DNA from: Lysobacter sp. HDW10
GTDB taxonomy: Bacteria > Pseudomonadota > Gammaproteobacteria > Xanthomonadales > Xanthomonadaceae
Direction of reading: 5' to 3'
DNA length: 40,000 nt
Assembly: GCF_011300685.1 (NCBI RefSeq)
Contig: NZ_CP049864.1
Location: 572,885 to 612,884, forward strand
In this document: positions 21,404 through 28,199 of the stretch, piece by piece
Position numbering within the stretch: position 1 is the stretch's first letter
Layout: the number at the start of each line of letters is the position of its first letter
Made by a program: the position numbers and the translations under genes
Notes under the pieces: model-generated
The model's database searches: none
Seen by the model: the letters and a program-made list of their open reading frames with translations, nothing else
What the model was told of the DNA's origin: nothing

Positions 21404-21552
21404 GTAGAAACTCGTTTTGTCGTATAACAATGCGAGGAAGCAAAAGTGATGCGTATTGGAAAAGGGCGATTTATGTGTAGGGGAAGGTTGAAAGTGGGAA
21501 CCGGCTACATGCAGGCTCTTGGCTTATGCTGCTTTTCGGAATCGAAATAGAA

Positions 21553-21559
21553 GTTAGGC
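21553..21559 (+). other. attI-like recombination core (G/TTAGGC) marking the start of the first cassette
   Basis: This is the first GTTAGGC downstream of the divergent intI start (150 bp from ATG 21403). It is identical to the R' box of the best attC sites. The first cassette ATG (21586) follows. Confidence 0.55.
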
Positions 21560-21585
21560 CCCGCACAAAGAATCCGGAGCTCCGT

Positions 21586-22005
21586 ATGCATTCTTGGCTT
21601 TCTAAGATAGTCGGCCAGCCTCGGCGCGCCGAGACCCCGGACTTTGGCAAGCTCACCTACATGGGTGGCTATTGGGAGGGCGCGGGCATCTTCCCCCCGA
21701 CGCTGAGTGAGGTTGAGTACTTCGTTATTGCTGGCGATCTTGGGCCTTCTGATGCAAATCGGCGGGCGTTTCAGTTGATTTGCAGCAACTACGCCGAGCT
21801 ACTGGAAAATGCCGCCGCCGTGATTTCCAATGGGTCGAAAAGCACTGTCAAGGCAAGCGAGCTCAATGTGTCTAGTGTTGATGTTCCGGCCGGAGACCTG
21901 CACGCGGACAAATGGGAGATGAGCTTCTCCAGACGAGACGGCGCTTCGTTCGCAGTTGAGTACCGCGGGCTTGACGCAACAGGTACAGTAGATGTTTCGT
22001 ACTGA
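21586..22005 (+). CDS. Cassette 1: hypothetical cytoplasmic protein (139 aa)
   Basis: Start is taken at the first ATG after the attI core; the track extension to 21526 crosses attI. I recognised no motif. Confidence 0.6.
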   Translation: MHSWLSKIVGQPRRAETPDFGKLTYMGGYWEGAGIFPPTLSEVEYFVIAGDLGPSDANRRAFQLICSNYAELLENAAAVISNGSKSTVKASELNVSSVDVPAGDLHADKWEMSFSRRDGASFAVEYRGLDATGTVDVSY

Positions 22006-22017
22006 TTTTGGGGCGGA

Positions 22018-22130
22018 GCCTAACAGTTCGTTCAACCCGACATTCCTCCGTGGCACGTGACTGAGGCTTTGCGCTACGCTAGCCTCAGTCCCGCTCCACT
22101 ACGGCATGCGGGTTAACTCAGGCGTTAGGC
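22018..22130 (+). repeat. attC 1 (long family, 113 bp)
   Basis: R'' is GCCTAAC (22018-22024) and R' is GTTAGGC (22124-22130). There is an internal perfect hairpin GACTGAGGCT-N12-AGCCTCAGTC. Confidence 0.85.
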
Positions 22131-22138
22131 GGCATGAA

Positions 22139-22465
22139 ATGAACTTCAGCGATCTCCAACAGGCAGCAATCCAGCTAAACGACCTCTACGAACAAATGGA
22201 GGTCAAGCGCTGGGGTCGCGTGTGGACAACGCAGGAGTTGGCCTTGGGCTTCATGGGCGATGTAGGCGATCTGGCGAAACTGATTCAAGCTCACGTCGGT
22301 GTCCGCACCATCGAAGATCACCAAGGGAAACTCGGCCATGAATTGTCGGATTGCCTGTGGTCAATTATGGTTCTGGCCAACAAGTGCGGGGTTGACCTAG
22401 AGGCGGAGTTTCTTCGGAACACCCGAGAGATCTCCGAGTACGTCAAAAGCGAGCTCGCCAAGTAG
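22139..22465 (+). CDS. Cassette 2: MazG-like nucleotide pyrophosphohydrolase (all-alpha NTP-PPase)
   Basis: 108 aa. ELALGFMGDVGDLAKL and LGHELSDCLWSIMVLANKCGVDLE match the MazG/NTP-PPase helix pattern. The ATG lies 9 nt after attC 1. Confidence 0.7.
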   Translation: MNFSDLQQAAIQLNDLYEQMEVKRWGRVWTTQELALGFMGDVGDLAKLIQAHVGVRTIEDHQGKLGHELSDCLWSIMVLANKCGVDLEAEFLRNTREISEYVKSELAK

Positions 22466-22474
22466 TCGGTAGCC

Positions 22475-22534
22475 GCCTAACAATTCGTCCAAGCCGACGC
22501 CGCTTCGCGGCCCGGCTTAACTCAGGTGTAAGGT
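22475..22534 (+). repeat. attC 2 (short family, 60 bp)
   Basis: GCCTAACAATTCGTCCAAGCCGAC...CGGCTTAACTCAGGTGTAAGGT. The R' variant is GTAAGGT. Confidence 0.85.
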
Positions 22535-22545
22535 GTGAAGTGAGC

Positions 22546-23214
22546 ATGACACAACCTGTTCAACGCAGAATCAAACTCGCGCGGCTCTTAGCCATCGCCA
22601 CGATTTCCTTTGGCGTGCTGTTCTACACCATCGGAGCGGCGGTTAAGCCTGGTTATTCGCATTTCACACACTTCATTAGTGAACTCAATGCCACGGGCAC
22701 ACCTTGGGCAGTGCAACTCGGCCTAGCCGGCTTTGTGCCGCTTGGTCTACTCTTCGCCGCCTTCCTCGTGGCGGTAGCTCCAATCGCGCAGGTTCGCGGC
22801 ACAAGTCGTCTAGGGCTGTGGCTATTGTGGTCGCAGCCCATCGCATTTATCGGAGCCGCCATCGCGCCATGCGATGCGGGCTGTCCAACTGGCGGTTCGC
22901 CAATACAGATGGCCCATGACGTCCTCGGACTCGCCACGTACCTTCCCTGCACGCTGGCGTTAGTGCTGCTTTCATTCGCCCCAAATTTGTTATCTGGCTG
23001 GCGGCTGTTCCTGCGTTTTGCTGGCGTCGCGTGGCTAATCCTTTTTGTGGCCATGCTTCAACCTGAGGTCATGCATGTTCGCGGATTGCTCCAGCGGGTT
23101 GCGGACGCATTACTCGCTGCCGCCGTCCTCATCATCGCGTGGCGTATGGTGGACAACGCACTGGCCACACCTAACAATTCATTCAAAGCGAGGCCGCTTC
23201 GCGGCGCTGCTTAA
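22546..23214 (+). CDS. Cassette 3: DUF998-like polytopic membrane protein
   Basis: 222 aa, about 6 TM. YSHFTHFISELNATG resembles the DUF998 signature. The last 14 codons are encoded by attC 3. Confidence 0.6.
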   Translation: MTQPVQRRIKLARLLAIATISFGVLFYTIGAAVKPGYSHFTHFISELNATGTPWAVQLGLAGFVPLGLLFAAFLVAVAPIAQVRGTSRLGLWLLWSQPIAFIGAAIAPCDAGCPTGGSPIQMAHDVLGLATYLPCTLALVLLSFAPNLLSGWRLFLRFAGVAWLILFVAMLQPEVMHVRGLLQRVADALLAAAVLIIAWRMVDNALATPNNSFKARPLRGAA

Positions 23215-23228
23215 TTCAGGCGTTAGAC
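23169..23228 (+). repeat. attC 3 (short family, 60 bp)
   Basis: R'' is ACCTAAC (23169-23175) and R' is GTTAGAC (23222-23228). Confidence 0.85.
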
Positions 23229-23249
23229 CGCTCTGGAGGACCTTGTCTC

Positions 23250-23666
23250 GTGGAGATATCTGCCCATATCCGCAGCGGCTTAGACGTCCACGAGCTCGTC
23301 GTTTCAACCGACGGGAATTCGCGACCGCTCGTCATCTCTGCTAGGCCTTCCGGTCGAGGCAGTGCCGTTAGCGGCGGCGAGCTTCTGATGGCTGCACTCG
23401 CAACCTGCTACTGCAATGACTTGTACCGTGAAGCCTCCCGACTGAGTGTCGCGATCGCAGGCTGTGAGGTTCGGGTCCAGGGCTACTTCAACGGCGTTGG
23501 TCTTGCCGCGCAGAGCGTTACGTACTCAGCCGTCGTGGAGTCCTCAGCACCGGCGGCACAGGTCGAGGCTTTGCTGGCTGAGACGGATCGGCTGGCAGAG
23601 GTCCACAACACACTCAGGACCGGTTGCGCCGTCAACCGCGTTGCGTGGTATGGGCCCGCGGACTAA
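23250..23666 (+). CDS. Cassette 4: OsmC/Ohr family protein
   Basis: 138 aa with a GTG start. GGELLMAALATCYCNDL is the OsmC core with the conserved Cys. The stop codon lies inside the R'' box. Confidence 0.7.
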   Translation: MEISAHIRSGLDVHELVVSTDGNSRPLVISARPSGRGSAVSGGELLMAALATCYCNDLYREASRLSVAIAGCEVRVQGYFNGVGLAAQSVTYSAVVESSAPAAQVEALLAETDRLAEVHNTLRTGCAVNRVAWYGPAD

Positions 23667-23772
23667 CAATGCGTTCAAGCCGACAACCCTTGGTTACGCC
23701 AACCACATGGCAGAGAGAGCTTGCCATGTGGTTCGCTCCACGACGCGGCGCGGCTTAACTTAGGTGTTAGGG
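23661..23772 (+). repeat. attC 4 (long, 112 bp)
   Basis: R'' is GACTAAC and R' is GTTAGGG (23766-23772). The central perfect hairpin is CCACATGGCA-N9-TGCCATGTGG. Confidence 0.8.
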
Positions 23773-23775
23773 CCC

Positions 23776-24159
23776 ATGAGCAACATCGCCGCACTCCTGG
23801 CCACGAAGCGTGATTTCGCGCTCCTGCGTTGGGCCGGTGTGTTGTTCCTCGTTTGGCTCGGCTGCACGGGTCCTCTGCGCTGGCTAGCTGGCACAGTGCT
23901 CCCGCCGTGGTTTGTCGGCAGCGCGCCGAACTTCTTCGCCGGGCTCACGCTTACCTTCTGGCAGGCCTTCGCGGTGCCTTCGCGGCCATTGGGCTCGGCT
24001 GCCGTCGCTTTCGGGGTGCTGGCGCCCGTGGAAGCAATTCAAGTCTCCCTGCCGCAGCATCGCGCTGACCCGATCGATCTGATGGCAAGCCTTGTCGGCT
24101 GCTGTCTAGCCGCCGCGCTCTTGCATTGGCGCCGCCGCGTGGCCGAGCATGTGCCCTGA
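23776..24159 (+). CDS. Cassette 5: small membrane protein (127 aa), hypothetical
   Basis: Three to four TM helices. The C-terminal RADPIDLMASLVG is faintly VanZ/DUF2809-like. The ATG lies 4 nt after attC 4. Confidence 0.55.
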   Translation: MSNIAALLATKRDFALLRWAGVLFLVWLGCTGPLRWLAGTVLPPWFVGSAPNFFAGLTLTFWQAFAVPSRPLGSAAVAFGVLAPVEAIQVSLPQHRADPIDLMASLVGCCLAAALLHWRRRVAEHVP

Positions 24160-24213
24160 CAATTCGTTCAAGCCGATACCGCTTCGCAACGCGGCTTAAC
24201 TCAGGTGTTAGAT
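24154..24213 (+). repeat. attC 5 (short family, 60 bp)
   Basis: R'' is CCCTGAC (24154-24160) and R' is GTTAGAT (24207-24213). Confidence 0.8.
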
Positions 24214-24216
24214 TCC

Positions 24217-24533
24217 ATGGAGCACCACTCATCCGAGCCACCACACTCCTGTTAGCCCTGTTTTTGCCGATCTCCACGCTGCCGGCCGCTAAACCACCGA
24301 CCGAACCTGCTGCATTAAGAGTTCACCTCATGGAAACAAGTAAGGTTGTGGCAGTAGTGGACATCGAGGATCCATCGGCCGCCTTTAGAGACGACGGCGA
24401 CTCCGATTCGTTGCAGATAGTCTTTCTCTCCAAGAATTCAGGATGCCCAAGTCGGGTATCGCCAGGCGGCGAGGTCATCTTTCTCTATAAGACCGACGAT
24501 GACTTGCAAACCAAGCTCATCCGACGCAATTAG
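24217..24533 (+). pseudogene. Cassette 6: small secreted protein gene with an apparently frameshifted start
   Basis: ATG 24217 opens a 12-codon frame ending at TAG 24253-24255. The long frame (to 24533) encodes a signal-peptide-like LIRATTLLLALFLPISTLPAA but has no start codon before ATG 24330. Confidence 0.35.
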
Positions 24534-24570
24534 CTACACTCCACAGGTTGGCTTAATTCAAACGTTAGGG
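24497..24570 (+). repeat. attC 6 (atypical; only the 3' half is convincing)
   Basis: The 3' half GGCTTAATTCAAACGTTAGGG, with R' GTTAGGG at 24564-24570, is clear. The proposed R'' CGATGAC (24497-24503) is weak. Confidence 0.45.
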
Positions 24571-24575
24571 TGCGG

Positions 24576-25019
24576 ATGGAACATTTGTACGCAATTGCTT
24601 ACAGAAGCAAGGCAGCACGCGAGTTGACTTCGCAAGAGCTCGATCGCCTGTTGTTAGATGCCCGCACTTTTAATCAGAGGGCGAGTGTTACGGGCGTGCT
24701 TCTCTATCATGATGGTTCTTTCTTTCAGTTCTTCGAGGGTCCTGAGGAAGGCGTCGATGCCGTTTACCAGCGCATCCGCCCGGCGAGAACTCACACTAAT
24801 ATAGTTGAACTGTTGCGGGCTCCTTCTCGTTCACGACAATTTGAGTCCTGGCATATGGGATTCTGTGAAACGCCTGAGACCGAGCTGCAGACGCTTGCAA
24901 CCGCGTCTTGGGAAGAAGCAATGCCAATCACCCGTGTTAGCTATGAGCGCTCGGAGGGTCTTGGCTTGTTGCTGAATTATTGGAACAAATGGAAAGCCGA
25001 GCCGCACCCTAGCATTTGA
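24576..25019 (+). CDS. Cassette 7: short BLUF-domain blue-light photoreceptor (FAD-binding)
   Basis: 147 aa that aligns without gaps to the AppA/PixD BLUF core. Matching segments are LYAIAYRS (Tyr), TFNQRASVTGVLLY (Asn), FFQFFEG (Gln) and FESWHMGF (Trp/Met). Confidence 0.8.
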   Translation: MEHLYAIAYRSKAARELTSQELDRLLLDARTFNQRASVTGVLLYHDGSFFQFFEGPEEGVDAVYQRIRPARTHTNIVELLRAPSRSRQFESWHMGFCETPETELQTLATASWEEAMPITRVSYERSEGLGLLLNYWNKWKAEPHPSI

Positions 25020-25066
25020 ATCAAGCCGAAGCCGCTTCGCGGCTCGGCTTGATTCGGGCGTTAGAC
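25007..25066 (+). repeat. attC 7 (short variant, 60 bp)
   Basis: CCCTAGCATTTGAATCAAGCCGA...TCGGCTTGATTCGGGCGTTAGAC, with R' at 25060-25066. Confidence 0.75.
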
Positions 25067-25175
25067 TGCGCTGGCTCGCTCGCCCTATCGCCCTGCGTGA
25101 CAAGGTTTCTTGCAGGCTATGAACTAAGGTATCTGAAGCACTCGAAACAGAATTCTTTGTTTGATGGGGGGAAGA

Positions 25176-25574
25176 ATGCGTCGCATCTTACTATTTGGTT
25201 TTCTCATTCTTGCAACAACCCCAGCTTTCTCCCACGGCGGTCGCCTCAACAAATATGGCTGCCATAACGACAGAAGGACTGGCGGATACCACTGTCACAG
25301 ATCGGCAATGGCTCCTTCTGCGAATGCGCGTCGATCCCGCGACTCTGCCGGCGCACGGACTACACGTGCGAAGCGATACCGTGCTGAGGCTAAAAGCTTC
25401 GCTCGCGACAAGTACCGAAGTGCAAGGCAAAACACGCGCACGTTCGTTCGAGAGATCAGATACTTTGCCAATTGCTCCGAGGCACGCGCGCTTGGCGCGG
25501 CTCCTGTTCGACGCGGAGAACCCGGCTATGCTCGTCACCTTGATCGGGACAACGACGGCGTCGGATGTGAATAG
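25176..25574 (+). CDS. Cassette 8: secreted YHYH-domain / Excalibur calcium-binding domain protein
   Basis: Signal peptide MRRILLFGFLILATTPAFS. HGGRLNKYGCHNDRRTGGYHCH is the YHYH motif. The C-terminal CSEARALGAAPVRRGEPGYARHLDRDNDGVGCE is the Excalibur motif. GGGGGAAG lies ahead of the ATG. Confidence 0.75.
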   Translation: MRRILLFGFLILATTPAFSHGGRLNKYGCHNDRRTGGYHCHRSAMAPSANARRSRDSAGARTTRAKRYRAEAKSFARDKYRSARQNTRTFVREIRYFANCSEARALGAAPVRRGEPGYARHLDRDNDGVGCE

Positions 25575-25585
25575 CATCGTTCGCA

Positions 25586-25688
25586 ATCTAACAGTTCGTT
25601 CAACCCCACATACCTCCGTGGCACGTGACTGACGCTTTGCGCTACGCTAGCCGCAGTCCCGCACCACTGGTTAAGTGAGGCGTTAGGC
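25586..25688 (+). repeat. attC 8 (long family, 103 bp)
   Basis: R'' is ATCTAAC (25586-25592) and R' is GTTAGGC (25682-25688). It is a near copy of attC 1, including the TTTGCGCTACGCTAGCC core. Confidence 0.85.
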
Positions 25689-25716
25689 CGCATTTCGACC
25701 GCAAGGAATTTCAGGA

Positions 25717-26301
25717 ATGGATATGTCTGTAACGGAAGCGCAGTCTGATATGCGACAGGGCTACCGCAGCGGAGCTACTGGCATCTTGGCCTCCGCGCTT
25801 GCCTGGTTCACCGCAGCGGGCGTCGCAGCACTCACATCTCCCCAAAAAGGAATCTGGGCGCTTCTCATCGGTGGAATGCTCATCCATCCAGTAGGCCTGC
25901 TTATATGCAAGCTCTTGGGATCGCGCGGCACTCATACAAAGGGCAACCCGTTTGGTTTGCTCGCCGGAGCAAGCACTTTCTGGCTCATCTTCTGCCTTCC
26001 CATCGCCTACTTGCTTAGCGCGCTGCAATCGAACCTATTCTTCCCTGCCTTGCTCCTGATCATTGGCGGTCGCTACCTCGTGTTCGCCACCATCTATGGT
26101 ATGCGGCTCTATTGGGCTTTGGGGTTGGCGCTGGCCGGAGCGGGTTTCGCGTTGGCAAACATCAATGCCACTGCATCTGTGAGCGCCTTAGTTGGCGCAG
26201 TACTGGAGACGGTCTTTGCCATCGCCTGTTTGGGCCAACATCGTCGTTGGGCGCGGCCTAACAACTCATTCAAGCCGACACCGCTTCGCGGCGCGGATTA
26301 A
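25717..26301 (+). CDS. Cassette 9: polytopic membrane protein (194 aa), hypothetical
   Basis: Five to six TM helices with no recognised motif. The C-terminal ARPNNSFKPTPLRGAD is encoded by attC 9. Confidence 0.6.
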   Translation: MDMSVTEAQSDMRQGYRSGATGILASALAWFTAAGVAALTSPQKGIWALLIGGMLIHPVGLLICKLLGSRGTHTKGNPFGLLAGASTFWLIFCLPIAYLLSALQSNLFFPALLLIIGGRYLVFATIYGMRLYWALGLALAGAGFALANINATASVSALVGAVLETVFAIACLGQHRRWARPNNSFKPTPLRGAD

Positions 26302-26315
26302 CTCTGGTGTAAGGC
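26256..26315 (+). repeat. attC 9 (short family, 60 bp)
   Basis: R'' is GCCTAAC (26256-26262) and R' is GTAAGGC (26309-26315). Confidence 0.85.
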
Positions 26316-26546
26316 TGCAGCAACTGATTTCATGGCCATTGTCACACTCATAAAAACCACCGACGCGCATTTTGCTGCCGCAGCTGCTCCTGCAAACCCC
26401 CCTTCTGTCGCCGTCTTGTATAAGCTCGGTTTTAGAGAGACCAGACAAACCATTCAGCGCGCCAATGAGTCACTATCGCTATGGGCAAAAGCACCGGCAG
26501 CAGCTGAGCACTTGGCTCAATCCGGAACACGGTGGTATATCCAGAG

Positions 26547-26846
26547 ATGAAGAATGTGACACTTATTGCGTTGTGGCTCTTAACCTTTTTCGTGCTGGCC
26601 GGTTGCGACGATGGCCATCTGCGAGGATCGGTCAGCCCGTCACAAGACGGCGGCACTTACCTTTCCGTCGTTGATGACAACGGAGGTGCTTGTGGACAGC
26701 TGCTACTTGACGGCAAGCTCTGGCCCTACAAGCTTGGTGAGCTTGGCACCGTATCGGTGGGCCGACACCGGATTGAGTGCGGCGGGTGGGTCGAGTTCGA
26801 CATTCCGCGGGGCGTCGTCTATAAGTTTGACTATTGGGGACCGTAA
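26547..26846 (+). CDS. Cassette 10: small lipoprotein (99 aa)
   Basis: MKNVTLIALWLLTFFVLAGC carries the lipobox LAGC. It is preceded by about 235 bp of cassette DNA with no convincing gene. Confidence 0.65.
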   Translation: MKNVTLIALWLLTFFVLAGCDDGHLRGSVSPSQDGGTYLSVVDDNGGACGQLLLDGKLWPYKLGELGTVSVGRHRIECGGWVEFDIPRGVVYKFDYWGP

Positions 26847-26852
26847 GATGGT

Positions 26853-26879
26853 CTGTAACAATTCATTCAAACGTTAAAC
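26853..26879 (+). repeat. attC 10 (collapsed, 27 bp)
   Basis: In CTGTAACAATTCATTCAAACGTTAAAC the R''/L'' start runs directly into the L'/R' end (GTTAAAC 26873-26879). The central part is missing. Confidence 0.4.
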
Positions 26880-26891
26880 TGCAAAAAGACA

Positions 26892-27146
26892 ATGTCGCAC
26901 ATCGATTTCAGCAAAGCCGAGAAAGCCATTATTGTCGGCAAAATTAAGCTCTATTTTTCGGAGGAGCTTAACCATCAGATTGGGCAATTTGACGCTGAGT
27001 TTCTCCTGGACTTCATTGGCCAGGAAATCGGCTCATACTTCTATAATCGGGGTCTGTATGACGCCCAATCTACGCTCAGCGAGAAGCTTTCGGACATTCA
27101 GGACGCCATCTTTCAACTTGAGCAACCTACGGATTTCAAGAAATGA
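26892..27146 (+). CDS. Cassette 11: DUF2164 domain protein
   Basis: 84 aa. IGQFDAEFLLDFIGQEIGSYFYNRGLYDA matches the DUF2164 family pattern. Confidence 0.7.
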   Translation: MSHIDFSKAEKAIIVGKIKLYFSEELNHQIGQFDAEFLLDFIGQEIGSYFYNRGLYDAQSTLSEKLSDIQDAIFQLEQPTDFKK

Positions 27147-27159
27147 GTCCGATCGCTCA

Positions 27160-27221
27160 GCCTAACAGTTCGTTCAACCCTACATACCTCCGTGGCACGC
27201 GGGTTAACTCCGGTGTTAGGT
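27160..27221 (+). repeat. attC 11 (long-family ends, centre deleted; 62 bp)
   Basis: GCCTAACAGTTCGTTCAACCCTACATACCTCCGTGGCAC joins directly to GCGGGTTAACTCCGGTGTTAGGT. Confidence 0.75.
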
Positions 27222-27327
27222 GTGCAATGAGAGCTCATCCAATCTTGCGTTGGCAACCCAAGCCATTTCCTTAAATGGTTCACTACCCTCTGGCACATTT
27301 TCGTACCATGACGCGTTCGCAGCCGAG

Positions 27328-27374
27328 GCGTAAGAATTGATTCAAGCCGGCGCAACTCAATTTACGCGTTAAAC
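27328..27374 (+). repeat. attC 12 (short, divergent, 47 bp)
   Basis: GCGTAAGAATTGA pairs with TCAATTTACGC and is followed by GTTAAAC (27368-27374). The R'' box is non-canonical (GCGTAAG). Confidence 0.45.
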
Positions 27375-27389
27375 ATTTTTGGAACAGGT

Positions 27390-27911
27390 ATGCGCAAGGC
27401 ACTTGGTACATTAACGGTTCTTCTATTGGTGTCAGCATCGTGTGCGGCAAGCGAAGTGGATGACTTCACGTATCTATTCGCCAAGACTTGCATGCAGAAC
27501 TTCTACACGCCTGAAAATTTGGTTACGCAAATGGCGGCGAACCCCGTACTAGAAGCGGAAAGTGCTAAGTTTTTTCTAGGCAGCGGCGTTGGCACGGCTT
27601 GGTCAATTGACGATGGCAACGCTAAGTATGTCGTGGCACTTCGTAACGACAATGTTTGCGTGGTCTTTGCGGCGCAGGCACCCATTGAGGAGGTCACGCA
27701 CAATTTTGTACATAGCGTGAGCACGGCGCCCCCGCCCTTAGTGGCTGTCGAAAGACCGGGATTGGTCCCGAGCACAGAGCACATAAGGACGACTGCCTAC
27801 GGCTGGTCACGAGAGCAAGACAAGACGGAGCTGCTGTTCACTCTGACGACGTCAAGCGACCACCTCTCTCCAGTCAAAGCAATGGCGTCCGTGGCACTCG
27901 TTGCCAAATAG
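27390..27911 (+). CDS. Cassette 13: secreted protein (173 aa), hypothetical
   Basis: N-terminal signal peptide MRKALGTLTVLLLVSASCAAS. No recognised domain. Confidence 0.6.
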   Translation: MRKALGTLTVLLLVSASCAASEVDDFTYLFAKTCMQNFYTPENLVTQMAANPVLEAESAKFFLGSGVGTAWSIDDGNAKYVVALRNDNVCVVFAAQAPIEEVTHNFVHSVSTAPPPLVAVERPGLVPSTEHIRTTAYGWSREQDKTELLFTLTTSSDHLSPVKAMASVALVAK

Positions 27912-27966
27912 GTCTAACGGCGCGTTCAAGCACGCTGCACGATATTCGCTTCAAATGTCGTAACGA
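27912..27966 (+). repeat. attC 13 (divergent, 55 bp)
   Basis: A canonical R'' GTCTAAC (27912-27918) sits directly after the stop codon, with L'' GCGCGTTCAAGC. The proposed R' GTAACGA (27960-27966) is weak. Confidence 0.45.
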
Positions 27967-28199
27967 AGCGAGCAATTGCTCAGAATCACGGCGCGCAGCT
28001 CACGATCCCTCAAGAGGGAGAGCTGATCCTTCAAAATCCATTTCGAGGCTCAATTCTTACTGCCATGGATGCCAACCCCAAGCTTGAGTCATCGCCGGAT
28101 GGAACAATCGTGCCAAATACATCCAACGTCGAGATCCTCGCGAAGGCTGTCTTATCTACCAGGATGGGCGCGCTCGAATAGCGCTTCACTTCCAGCAGG

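Noticed and set aside
21417-21430. The palindrome TTGTCGTATAACAA considered as a LexA box
   Set aside because: Its spacing is TGT-N6-ACA rather than CTGT-N8-ACAG, and it does not match the Xanthomonas-type LexA motif as I recall it. I kept it only as an unexplained palindrome in the findings.
21526-21585. Upstream extension of the first cassette ORF
   Set aside because: The extension crosses the attI core (21553-21559) and would place the start outside the cassette. ATG 21586 is preferred.
26332-26550. 72-aa ORF upstream of the lipoprotein gene in cassette 10
   Set aside because: It is Ala/Pro-rich, has no SD, and overlaps the lipoprotein start. The segment LYKLGFRETRQ faintly recalls the C-terminus of a GNAT acetyltransferase, but that is too little to call a gene or a remnant.
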